A stretch of DNA of 64,000 nucleotides, taken from positions 16,343 to 80,342 of the IMG/VR virus record IMGVR_UViG_3300028374_000002; one strand, written 5' to 3'. A program made the position numbers and the translations under genes. Positions 52,767 to 61,157 of this stretch are shown here, one piece after another. The notes beneath the pieces were generated by a model that did no database searches, had not been told where the DNA came from, and saw nothing but the letters and a program-made list of their open reading frames with translations. The stretch's first letter is position 1. Every line of letters starts with the position of its first letter. The stretch comes from a virus.

Positions 52767-52961
52767 AGTACAAATTGTTTTATAAAGCAAATATACAACA
52801 TATAATATGAAAACCTAATAAATATAGATAATAATTATAAAGGGAGGTGTTTATATTAATATATACGTTAGCTGTTCACTGCTTATGTCGGATATCATTA
52901 TGGTGTCTTAAAGATTTGATTAAGAATCAAAGATATAGGTTTAAAAATAAAAAGAATAACT

Positions 52962-53798
52962 ATGAAAAAACAAATTTTAAATCCTAAGCCTAATGCTTGG
53001 GTCGTATCTTCTAAAGACAAAGGAAGAAAATCGATTAAAAATGGAAAAGTTTATCTAAAAAATAAAGAAAACTTTGAAATAGAATTATTTAATCCACTAA
53101 GTGAAAATATCTTAGCAGATATTAAGATAAATAAGACTTCTATTTCAGAAAATGGACTCATTGTAAAACCAGGACAAAGAGTATATTTAGACTGCTTTAT
53201 TGACGACTTAAAAAAGTTTATATTTGAAACATATAATATTGAGGAATCACCAGAAGCCAAAGAAGCTATTTCTAATAATGGTGTGGTTGATGTATATTTC
53301 TATAAAGAAGAAGTGAAACAATTTAACATACCATTGAACCAATATTGGTATGGTGGATATCAGAAATATCCAATTACTTACCCCCATCCCTATCCTTGGT
53401 GTACATACACTACTAATACTGGAACGAGTTTTAATTTAAATAGTGGTAATTATACATTAACTAATAATAGTTCATCTAATTCAACGTTAACTAGTGATGT
53501 TCTTGGATTAGATGTAAGTAGTAGTATTGAAACTGGAAGAGTTGAAAGGGGTGATGTTTCAAATCAAAACTTTCAAAGTGTAGAAATGGATTTCGAAAGC
53601 TATTGTATATCTTCTGTTTCTATTATGCTATTACCAGAGAGTATAAAGCCTATTGAAATAATTAAAAAGAAAGGTAAATCAAAAAATTCAGATGGTGTTA
53701 TAGAATTAATAAACAAATTACATAATTTACTTGAAAGTGATGTTATAACAGAAGAAGAATTTTCTAATAAAAAGAAAGAACTCCTCAATAGAATATAA
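52962..53798 (+). CDS. hypothetical protein with low-complexity T/S/N linker and C-terminal SHOCT-like motif
   Basis: INKLHNLLESDVITEEEFSNKKKELL. Confidence 0.7.
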   Translation: MKKQILNPKPNAWVVSSKDKGRKSIKNGKVYLKNKENFEIELFNPLSENILADIKINKTSISENGLIVKPGQRVYLDCFIDDLKKFIFETYNIEESPEAKEAISNNGVVDVYFYKEEVKQFNIPLNQYWYGGYQKYPITYPHPYPWCTYTTNTGTSFNLNSGNYTLTNNSSSNSTLTSDVLGLDVSSSIETGRVERGDVSNQNFQSVEMDFESYCISSVSIMLLPESIKPIEIIKKKGKSKNSDGVIELINKLHNLLESDVITEEEFSNKKKELLNRI

Positions 53799-53819
53799 AT
53801 TAATAATCGAACAGCTATT

Positions 53820-53850
53820 AAAAACCACTATGAACACATAGTGGTTTTTT
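53820..53850 (+). terminator. intrinsic terminator
   Basis: AAAACCACTATG-loop-CATAGTGGTTTTTT. Confidence 0.8.
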
Positions 53851-53876
53851 AATATATAATAAAAATAACCATAAAT

Positions 53877-55118
53877 ATGTTCATTAAGAAATATATAGAA
53901 TTCATAAAAGAGGCAAATGAGGCGAATGTCAAATTAGACATACCGAAAAAATTCACAAGACAAGATATAGAGGAATTTTTCTTAGATTTTACTGATAATG
54001 AATGGGATATGTATATAAATAAAGATATTATAGAGACAGCTCTTCTAAGAGAAGAATATCATATAAGAGACTTAATGATAGGATTAGATGAAGAATATTA
54101 CCTAGTATATGATGTGGAGTTTAGTGCTAATTCAAACACATCAAGTGATAATGTTTCTTTAATATCTGCAATAGAGTTTATTACTAACTATACAAAGTCA
54201 TTAACTGATTATGATGTAGTTATAAAGATAGACAACGGTATAGTTGATGTGGATGAGATATTCATTAATGAAAATAATGAATTTATAGATAAAAGAACAG
54301 GATCTAATTTAGGAAATTATGGGATAATCACAATAGTTGATCACTTAATAGGGAGTATAACAGCTAAGCAGCTCTTCCAACATTATGACTTTAAATATGA
54401 TTATGAGAAAGATGGTAATGTATTTGTGGATATAGCATATACCGAACTTATAAAATATGTGAATGATGAGGATTATGAGAATATTTTAAATAATGGATAT
54501 ACAGAATATGAAGATTATGGAGACTATGATATGAATTTACATGATTTGCTTTCTTTATTAAACAAAGAAAATTTTTATTTGTTAATAGACATCTTTGTAA
54601 AAGAGCAAAATGGATGGGAATCATATTATGAAAATGAGTTTAAAGAACTAAATATAGAAGAAGGTATAGATTCTATTGATAAATTTAAAAGCTTCTTATA
54701 TAATGAAAGATTCCATGATACATCAGATGAAGTATTTGATACTAGTGATGATACCATAATATCTTTAAAACTTACTATTAGAGATTTGGAATTAAGAAGA
54801 TTAGAATTTGATTATTTCAAGATAGTAGAAAATGCATTTGAAAAAAAGATTTTAGAATCAATAGGTGGTGAAGTTATTACCAAAGAAAATAAAGAATCTA
54901 GTGATAAATTTTTTAGAGTACCATATAAGCAAGAATGGGTAGAGGGATCAGATTTTGATGTTAATGATATGACACAGTGTGATATCGATGAAATTTTTGA
55001 GGAATATATGTCAAATTCTTGGTCATATGATTTAAAAATATCAGCACCAGAATCTTCATCAATTAATAATGATGAACTAAACCAAGGTATTAATGAATTC
55101 TTGAAAGGTATTAGCTAA
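53877..55118 (+). CDS. very acidic hypothetical protein with N-terminal MFIKKYIEFIKEA peptide
   Basis: 413-aa ORF; TAATATATA at 53850-53858. Confidence 0.7.
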   Translation: MFIKKYIEFIKEANEANVKLDIPKKFTRQDIEEFFLDFTDNEWDMYINKDIIETALLREEYHIRDLMIGLDEEYYLVYDVEFSANSNTSSDNVSLISAIEFITNYTKSLTDYDVVIKIDNGIVDVDEIFINENNEFIDKRTGSNLGNYGIITIVDHLIGSITAKQLFQHYDFKYDYEKDGNVFVDIAYTELIKYVNDEDYENILNNGYTEYEDYGDYDMNLHDLLSLLNKENFYLLIDIFVKEQNGWESYYENEFKELNIEEGIDSIDKFKSFLYNERFHDTSDEVFDTSDDTIISLKLTIRDLELRRLEFDYFKIVENAFEKKILESIGGEVITKENKESSDKFFRVPYKQEWVEGSDFDVNDMTQCDIDEIFEEYMSNSWSYDLKISAPESSSINNDELNQGINEFLKGIS

Positions 55119-55684
55119 TAATCAGATACATTTAAATACTCTTTAAGCTTTAAAATCATATAGTCAGTTATCAAATCAGATGTATTTAGTGAATCTACGA
55201 ATTTAGCATCAACCTTGACAGATTTACTCATAGACTCAGCCTTAGAACCATCACCACTAGCTAATCCTTCATCATAATCTCTCTCACTCAAAGGAATTAT
55301 ATAGCCATAATATTTATTAGTATGAGCTTTATTTATAAAGAGTGGTTTTAGTTCATCAAATAAGTAACCATCTTTTATTATTATACCAGCTTCTTCTTCT
55401 AATTCTCTTAACACTGCTTCTTCTTTAGACTCCCCCTCTTCTACACCACCACTAAGGACTGTTATATGGTACTCCTGCCCTTCTCTATACTTATATGTCG
55501 GTATGTACTCATGGCGTATTAAAAATTGATTAGACTCTATGAAATAAGGTATACAGACAACTAAATCCTTTTCTTCAATTATAGACCAACCTTCGTAATC
55601 AATTACTTTAATATATTCGTTATCAAAGAGAATATTATCTTTCTTTTCTTTAGGTTTCTTTTTTAAGCTAGAAAATTTGTCCAT
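55115..55684 (-). CDS. Nudix hydrolase
   Basis: Nudix box GGVEEGESKEEAVLRELEEEAG. Confidence 0.92.
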   Translation of the reverse strand: MDKFSSLKKKPKEKKDNILFDNEYIKVIDYEGWSIIEEKDLVVCIPYFIESNQFLIRHEYIPTYKYREGQEYHITVLSGGVEEGESKEEAVLRELEEEAGIIIKDGYLFDELKPLFINKAHTNKYYGYIIPLSERDYDEGLASGDGSKAESMSKSVKVDAKFVDSLNTSDLITDYMILKLKEYLNVSDY

Positions 55685-55728
55685 TATTAGATATTAATTT
55701 TACTTATATATTAAAAACAATACATTGC

Positions 55729-56307
55729 TTAACACTCAAAAGGAGGATCTCTGAACAAATGGATGTAATCAACACCAAAAATATGCCCTAAATCTTGATG
55801 GTTTTTTAAACCACCCATCCTTATTTTTTCATTTATTATATTGAGTGGGTTGTCTAGAACATAACCACATATCTCACCATTTTCACAACCTATTTGCTTA
55901 TCATCTCTCGTAAAAATATCAATTAATAATATCTCTTCCTTGTCCCTTATTCTACCTATTAATTTAGATATAAATCCCCTAACAACCTTTTGCTTATGTG
56001 GTATTTCAATATATCCTAGTCTATTTACCTCTATATCATTGTCATAGCAATCTCTTAGAACAAAGGTTTTATATTTATGCGAACAACTTTTTTTAATGAT
56101 TATATCATAATCATTTGGAAGTCTGTCTATAACTCCGTAAATATATAAGCAAGCTGATCCAGTTATTATATAATCTTCTATTTCTTCATCGATAGAATTA
56201 TATTTATCCTTAAGAATATTAAATCTATCCAAGGAAGGCTTTAAAATAGTTTTGTCATTAATTATAGATATTTTATAATTCCTGAAGCACTCTTTAATAT
56301 TACTCAT
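55729..56307 (-). CDS. putative nucleotidyltransferase-fold protein
   Basis: IITGSACL...RLPNDYDII, IDIF. Confidence 0.55.
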   Translation of the reverse strand: MSNIKECFRNYKISIINDKTILKPSLDRFNILKDKYNSIDEEIEDYIITGSACLYIYGVIDRLPNDYDIIIKKSCSHKYKTFVLRDCYDNDIEVNRLGYIEIPHKQKVVRGFISKLIGRIRDKEEILLIDIFTRDDKQIGCENGEICGYVLDNPLNIINEKIRMGGLKNHQDLGHIFGVDYIHLFRDPPFEC

Positions 56308-56388
56308 AATTTTATTTTTAATATGTGTTATCTAGGTATTTTCTAAACTAATTAGTATATCAACTCTGTTAAATGAACTACACAAACA

Positions 56389-57330
56389 TCATTCATTTTT
56401 TTTTAAATCTTCTATCTCTTTTAATAACTTCTTAATTTTATCATCAGAATCTATGTTAATATTTTTATTAGATTCTTTGCTTTTTAGTTCACTAGCGTTA
56501 GTACTAAATAAATCCCCTTTAAAGTTAATAGTCCCATCCTGTGATAAAGTTGATATGTATTCAAAATGAACTTGATAGTATTGATTTAGATTAACACCAT
56601 TCAGTAGTTCGTGTCTATAACCATCAAAAAATGACCACAATTCTCTGCTTATATCAACCATTCTATAATTACTAATAACTCTAGCTACTATATATTTATT
56701 GCTTCCGAACGTTTTAATCTTTAAAACCTCTCCCTCTTTATATTTTACTTTTGAGGTAAATGCAGTCTTTCTTTCTGTCTGTATTAACTTTTCTACTGTG
56801 TATATTTTAGCGTTCAGATGCTCTGGTATAAATAAGCCATTATTTACAGGTTGTATTATTTCTTTATTACTATTTATTAAGTTTAAATACTTACCATCCA
56901 TAAGTTCGTCATAACCAGGAACTCTATTGTATTTAGTACCTTTTCTATTATCAAATTTGAAATGCCTTAACAAGATATTACATAGGTGGTTAAATGTCTG
57001 TGGGGCTACCTCTGGTAACTTTGACAACCCAGTACCATAGCCACCACTAGAAAATACGATTGTGTTTCCCTCTAGTGCAAGTTTTTTTAATCTTAATACA
57101 TCATCATCAATTTTTTGAGTATTAGATTTTAAATCTTTATCATTATAGAAAGATAGTGGCTTATTATTAGGTCCTATTTTAGTTCTGATTCCAAAGGTAT
57201 TATCCAGACCTCTTATTACAGCTTGTCCACCTTTCCCAACCCTAGCGTTATTATCACCAAATACAAAAATATCACGACTACCAAGTACATCCTTCCTCTG
57301 CCAATTCCCCTCAAATATTTTTATCTTCAT
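56389..57330 (-). CDS. conserved phage-type hypothetical protein
   Basis: N-terminal FVFGDN...GKGGQAVIR...GIRTK, GYGTGLS. Confidence 0.6.
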   Translation of the reverse strand: MKIKIFEGNWQRKDVLGSRDIFVFGDNNARVGKGGQAVIRGLDNTFGIRTKIGPNNKPLSFYNDKDLKSNTQKIDDDVLRLKKLALEGNTIVFSSGGYGTGLSKLPEVAPQTFNHLCNILLRHFKFDNRKGTKYNRVPGYDELMDGKYLNLINSNKEIIQPVNNGLFIPEHLNAKIYTVEKLIQTERKTAFTSKVKYKEGEVLKIKTFGSNKYIVARVISNYRMVDISRELWSFFDGYRHELLNGVNLNQYYQVHFEYISTLSQDGTINFKGDLFSTNASELKSKESNKNINIDSDDKIKKLLKEIEDLKKNE

Positions 57331-57963
57331 TATTTAATTTTTTGTTTTGGTAAATTTGAAAATGTTGGTCTTTTTACACCAACCTCACCTTTGAATATAA
57401 TATCCATTTTTCGGTGACGTTCCATTGATAAAGACTTAAAAGAATTTAAATCTATTTGTATTGCATTAATGTTATATTCCTTAATTAAAGCTTTTTCATG
57501 CTTGCCATACTCTACATAATTAAATTCTTCTAAATAGGTAAGTTCATCATAGTAATCATCATTATAAAAGAATCTATAAAATGCATCATCATCACAATCT
57601 AAATTATTGTAATACACCTCATCTGATAAACAAGATTGGTGTCTTTTCTCATCCGAAACTTTATATACATAACACATAATCTATCTATTAAATTCATCCG
57701 ACTATCTCTTTTATTTTACATTCTCTGGTTATTCCTTTATTATAGTTAAATATAACCTTAATGTTTATTACATCACCATTTGATGTAATAACAAGGCTAT
57801 ATTCTATATCTTTTAATTTATTAGGTAGATAAGACATTACAAACAATCTAGCATCATCCATATTCATTAAATTATTAGTATTGTATCTAATAATATTCTG
57901 ACTGAATAATATGTGATTGTTTGAATCTTTACACTTCTCTATATACATTTCTATATTAACCAT
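57330..57963 (-). CDS. two hypothetical ORFs (57330-57677, 57694-57963)
   Basis: 115 and 89 aa, downstream of TATATTTG at 58030-58023. Confidence 0.55.
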
Positions 57964-58051
57964 ATTAATTTTTATCAGTTTTAAATTGAAATTTAGTTAT
58001 TATGTTTTATTTTTTTGATAAGCAAATATAGTGTATTTATAATACACTAGC

Positions 58052-58097
58052 AATAATTTAACCCCATATTTCTTTATAGATATGGGGTTAAATTATT
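58052..58097 (-). terminator. intrinsic terminator
   Basis: 18-bp inverted repeat AATAATTTAACCCCATAT/ATATGGGGTTAAATTATT. Confidence 0.8.
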
Positions 58098-58125
58098 ATG
58101 ATAAGAGAACTTAATTAATTAAATT

Positions 58126-58584
58126 TTATTTAATGTTATTACCATCAGATTGTACCTTTTTCATTTGTTTTTGATTCAATCCTTTTAATGAAGTTAACTG
58201 ATTATTTCTACAATCGAAATTACGAGCGTGTGAAGGAGATCCTACCAAAGTCTCTAATTTATTATATGAACAATCAAAATCACGAACATGTGAAGGGGAT
58301 CCTTTCAAATTTTTCAATTTATTTTTACTACAGTCAAAGTCCTTTACAACCTCTTTAGGAGACCCAACTAATGACTCTAATTTATTGTCTTGACAATAGA
58401 AACTCCCACCGACCATTGAAAAGGTGATTGGTAATTTGGCTAAATTTTTATTAGCTAAATTAACATCGCCTTTTACATCGATACTACCATTGCTATTTAC
58501 TGTGTAATTCTTTATGCCAAATTTTTCACATAGTGTGTCTATATCACTTTCTACGCTTTCATTAAATGTTTTCAAATGCTTCAT
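58126..58584 (-). CDS. stand-alone LRR-like repeat protein of the same family as the array, lacking the C-domain
   Basis: MKHLKTFNES...NYTVNSNGSIDVKGDV...FYCQDNKLESLVGSP; four modules. Confidence 0.85.
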   Translation of the reverse strand: MKHLKTFNESVESDIDTLCEKFGIKNYTVNSNGSIDVKGDVNLANKNLAKLPITFSMVGGSFYCQDNKLESLVGSPKEVVKDFDCSKNKLKNLKGSPSHVRDFDCSYNKLETLVGSPSHARNFDCRNNQLTSLKGLNQKQMKKVQSDGNNIK

Positions 58585-58630
58585 AACTTTTTTTATAGTT
58601 ATATATAAAAGTTTTTATATGATAAATATA

Positions 58631-59233
58631 TTAATTTTTATAATTTTCTATAATTACCCTATTATTCATTATTTCTCTTATTTCAACATATGATTTTGGT
58701 GTATAGTTAATAACATTACAGCCTACATCTTCAATTTTTCTTCTATATAGAATATCTTTCTGTGTAGCATATAAAGACCCATGTGTATGTCCGTGTAGCA
58801 TCCAAGACCCTACATGGCATTTGTTCCATACTATAATAGGATAATGCGATAATACAATCATTTGAAAGCCACCATTTCTTTCAGTATCTACAATACTTTC
58901 ATCCTTTACATAAATCTCAGTACCATAACTTATTATATCTTCAAATCTATTAGTTTTTAAGATGTTTTTATAACTATCGTGGTTTCCTAGTATAAAATAA
59001 ATAGTACCATTTAAGGAATCTGCTATTTCTTTTCTTATAGCTGTGCCACTAAAGCTAAAATCACCTAAAAAGTATACTATATCACCATCTTTTACCACTG
59101 AGTTCCAGTTATTTATTAAACATTCATTCATATCATCAATGTTTGGAAATGGTCTCTTGTCAAAATCTAATATTTTTTTGTGACAAAAATGTAAATCACT
59201 TATAAAAAATATATTTTGTTTAAAATGTTTCAT
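58631..59233 (-). CDS. calcineurin-like metallophosphoesterase
   Basis: SDLHF, LGD, GNHD, SHYP, HGHTH; TATATTTG at 59257-59250. Confidence 0.9.
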   Translation of the reverse strand: MKHFKQNIFFISDLHFCHKKILDFDKRPFPNIDDMNECLINNWNSVVKDGDIVYFLGDFSFSGTAIRKEIADSLNGTIYFILGNHDSYKNILKTNRFEDIISYGTEIYVKDESIVDTERNGGFQMIVLSHYPIIVWNKCHVGSWMLHGHTHGSLYATQKDILYRRKIEDVGCNVINYTPKSYVEIREIMNNRVIIENYKN

Positions 59234-59287
59234 CTATTTAGTTTTTGTACAAATATAGGGTAAATGGTTCAATATAATATATAATCT

Positions 59288-59870
59288 ATGAAAAAATTTA
59301 CAAAAGTATTAGAAGGTAAGGAGTTGGGTTATACAGATTTCTTTGGTAATAAAGTGAGTCCAGAAAAAGATTTTATCAAAATGTTAAAATCTGGCATTAC
59401 CCATATTATGATGGAAGAAGGAGAGATTTCAGAAAAAGCTTTTAAAGAAATTGATGAAGTTATAGAACAAGTAGATAAATTGATTACTAAAGAATTAGTA
59501 CAAGAGGCTATGGATATGCATAGACAAGATAAAAGAATTAAATTAATTTGTGAGTTTATATATGATAAATATATAAACTAATTAATATTTTAGTATATAA
59601 TAGTAAAATAATAGTAAAATGAGCAAAATTCCTACATCAACCAATCTTATATCATCTAATCTTATATCATCTAATCTTACAAACAATACGAGTTTAGTAT
59701 TTAGTGATAATAATACTTTCACTAATTGTGTCACTGCTACTTCAATAACCCTCAAAGATGAAAAAGATGGAAGTGAATGGTGTATAAAGATATATGATGG
59801 TGAACTAATAATAGAGCCTGTTGATAAGGTTGCTAAGCGAAACTATAATATTAAGAGAGTTTTGAAATAG
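59288..59870 (+). CDS. two small hypothetical ORFs (59288-59581, 59619-59870)
   Basis: 97 and 83 aa; second has a 15-bp tandem duplication (NLISS x2). Confidence 0.55.
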
Positions 59871-60143
59871 TTATTTTTTAATTATTCTTATTATTAGATT
59901 ACCATTACCCTTTATTATCCTATGGTAGGTCTCTTTAGGTATAAATGTATTTTCTGTTATGCTTTTAGGTAATTCGTTATCCAATTGTATTTTCCAATTA
60001 CACTCATTTATACATGTAATATATCTATCCTCTTCATCACGATGCCAAACCATTTCATTAGATGGAATAGCTTGTGAAAACTCTCTTATGAAAGTGTTTT
60101 TACTTATCTTATTTTCTGTATAAGGATTCTCCATATTCACCAA
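59871..60143 (-). CDS. cupin-like protein
   Basis: WHRDEEDR...FIPKETYHRI. Confidence 0.65.
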   Translation of the reverse strand: MVNMENPYTENKISKNTFIREFSQAIPSNEMVWHRDEEDRYITCINECNWKIQLDNELPKSITENTFIPKETYHRIIKGNGNLIIRIIKK

Positions 60144-60730
60144 TAGCTATTTGATTGACCACTAATACCTAAAGAATCTGCATATCTTGGCAACCTACAT
60201 GACCAATATCCAGCAGTTGTCTTATCTTTTTTATTCTTACAGTCATGCCTAGCCGCAAAGTTTTTACTAGCTTCTTTATCATCTAATTTAACACTAAGTC
60301 CACCTTTTTTATCACCAAAGTTTATCTTTATTATATTCCCAGTATCTGGATTTTTAACATATACTTTATATTTCTTTGGACCACTTGACCGAGTTGGTTT
60401 GTTTATTTCTACTTTTTTACCACCTTTATATTCGTGTTTCTTCTCTTCTATTATGTACTCATCTGATTCAGAAGGTATATCTAATGGTACTTTTATACCT
60501 TTATAAATCCCATATCTGCCTATATCAGTATTTTCATAGAGTTCCATATCTAAATCAACCAATTCTATAACACCATCTTCGTATAGATTTCTAACTTCTT
60601 CTAGAAGTATGTAAAATGACTCAGAACCAGTTCTAAATATATTATTTGTAAAACTTATACTATTATCAATGTGATATTTTATATTTTCTGATACTAATCT
60701 ATAATCACTAAATTTTTTAATTATCCCCAT
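60137..60730 (-). CDS. conserved phage protein with basic C-terminal His/Cys domain
   Basis: KKYKVYVKNP...INFG...FAARHDC...AGYWSC. Confidence 0.65.
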   Translation of the reverse strand: MGIIKKFSDYRLVSENIKYHIDNSISFTNNIFRTGSESFYILLEEVRNLYEDGVIELVDLDMELYENTDIGRYGIYKGIKVPLDIPSESDEYIIEEKKHEYKGGKKVEINKPTRSSGPKKYKVYVKNPDTGNIIKINFGDKKGGLSVKLDDKEASKNFAARHDCKNKKDKTTAGYWSCRLPRYADSLGISGQSNSYW

Positions 60731-61088
60731 GTTTGTTTATTATTTTATCAAAAACCATTTGACATTTTTCATATTCTTCGTTTAATTCCAATGTTTTCAA
60801 ATATACCATTAATTCCCTTTTATCAGATAACATATACCTTATTAAGAACTTTATTTCCATTATCTGGTCTATATCTTCGGATTTAGTAAATATTATAGAA
60901 TTGACTATATCTTGGTCTATATCTTTCATGTTATTATAAGAGTTCCAATCATTTATTCCTTTATCTTTTATTAATTTAAGTATTTCTTTAGATATTAGTT
61001 TAGACCTAACACATCTTTTATATTTTTTACTAAACACTCTCCGTAGAAAACTATCATTTAAATATTTGATGTATCTCCTAATATTCAT
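60717..61088 (-). CDS. hypothetical protein with UVR-like C-terminus
   Basis: ATG at 61088 after TAATATATA (61101-61093); EEYEKCQ. Confidence 0.55.
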   Translation of the reverse strand: MNIRRYIKYLNDSFLRRVFSKKYKRCVRSKLISKEILKLIKDKGINDWNSYNNMKDIDQDIVNSIIFTKSEDIDQIMEIKFLIRYMLSDKRELMVYLKTLELNEEYEKCQMVFDKIINKHGDN

Positions 61089-61157
61089 ACTATATATATT
61101 AAAACACACTAGCAAGAAAGACTAAAATTAATATATAAATCAAATATAATATCTTGA

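Noticed and set aside
59643..59679. 15-bp tandem repeat AATCTTATATCATCT
   Set aside because: Short in-frame slippage duplication in a low-complexity N-terminus, with no further significance evident.
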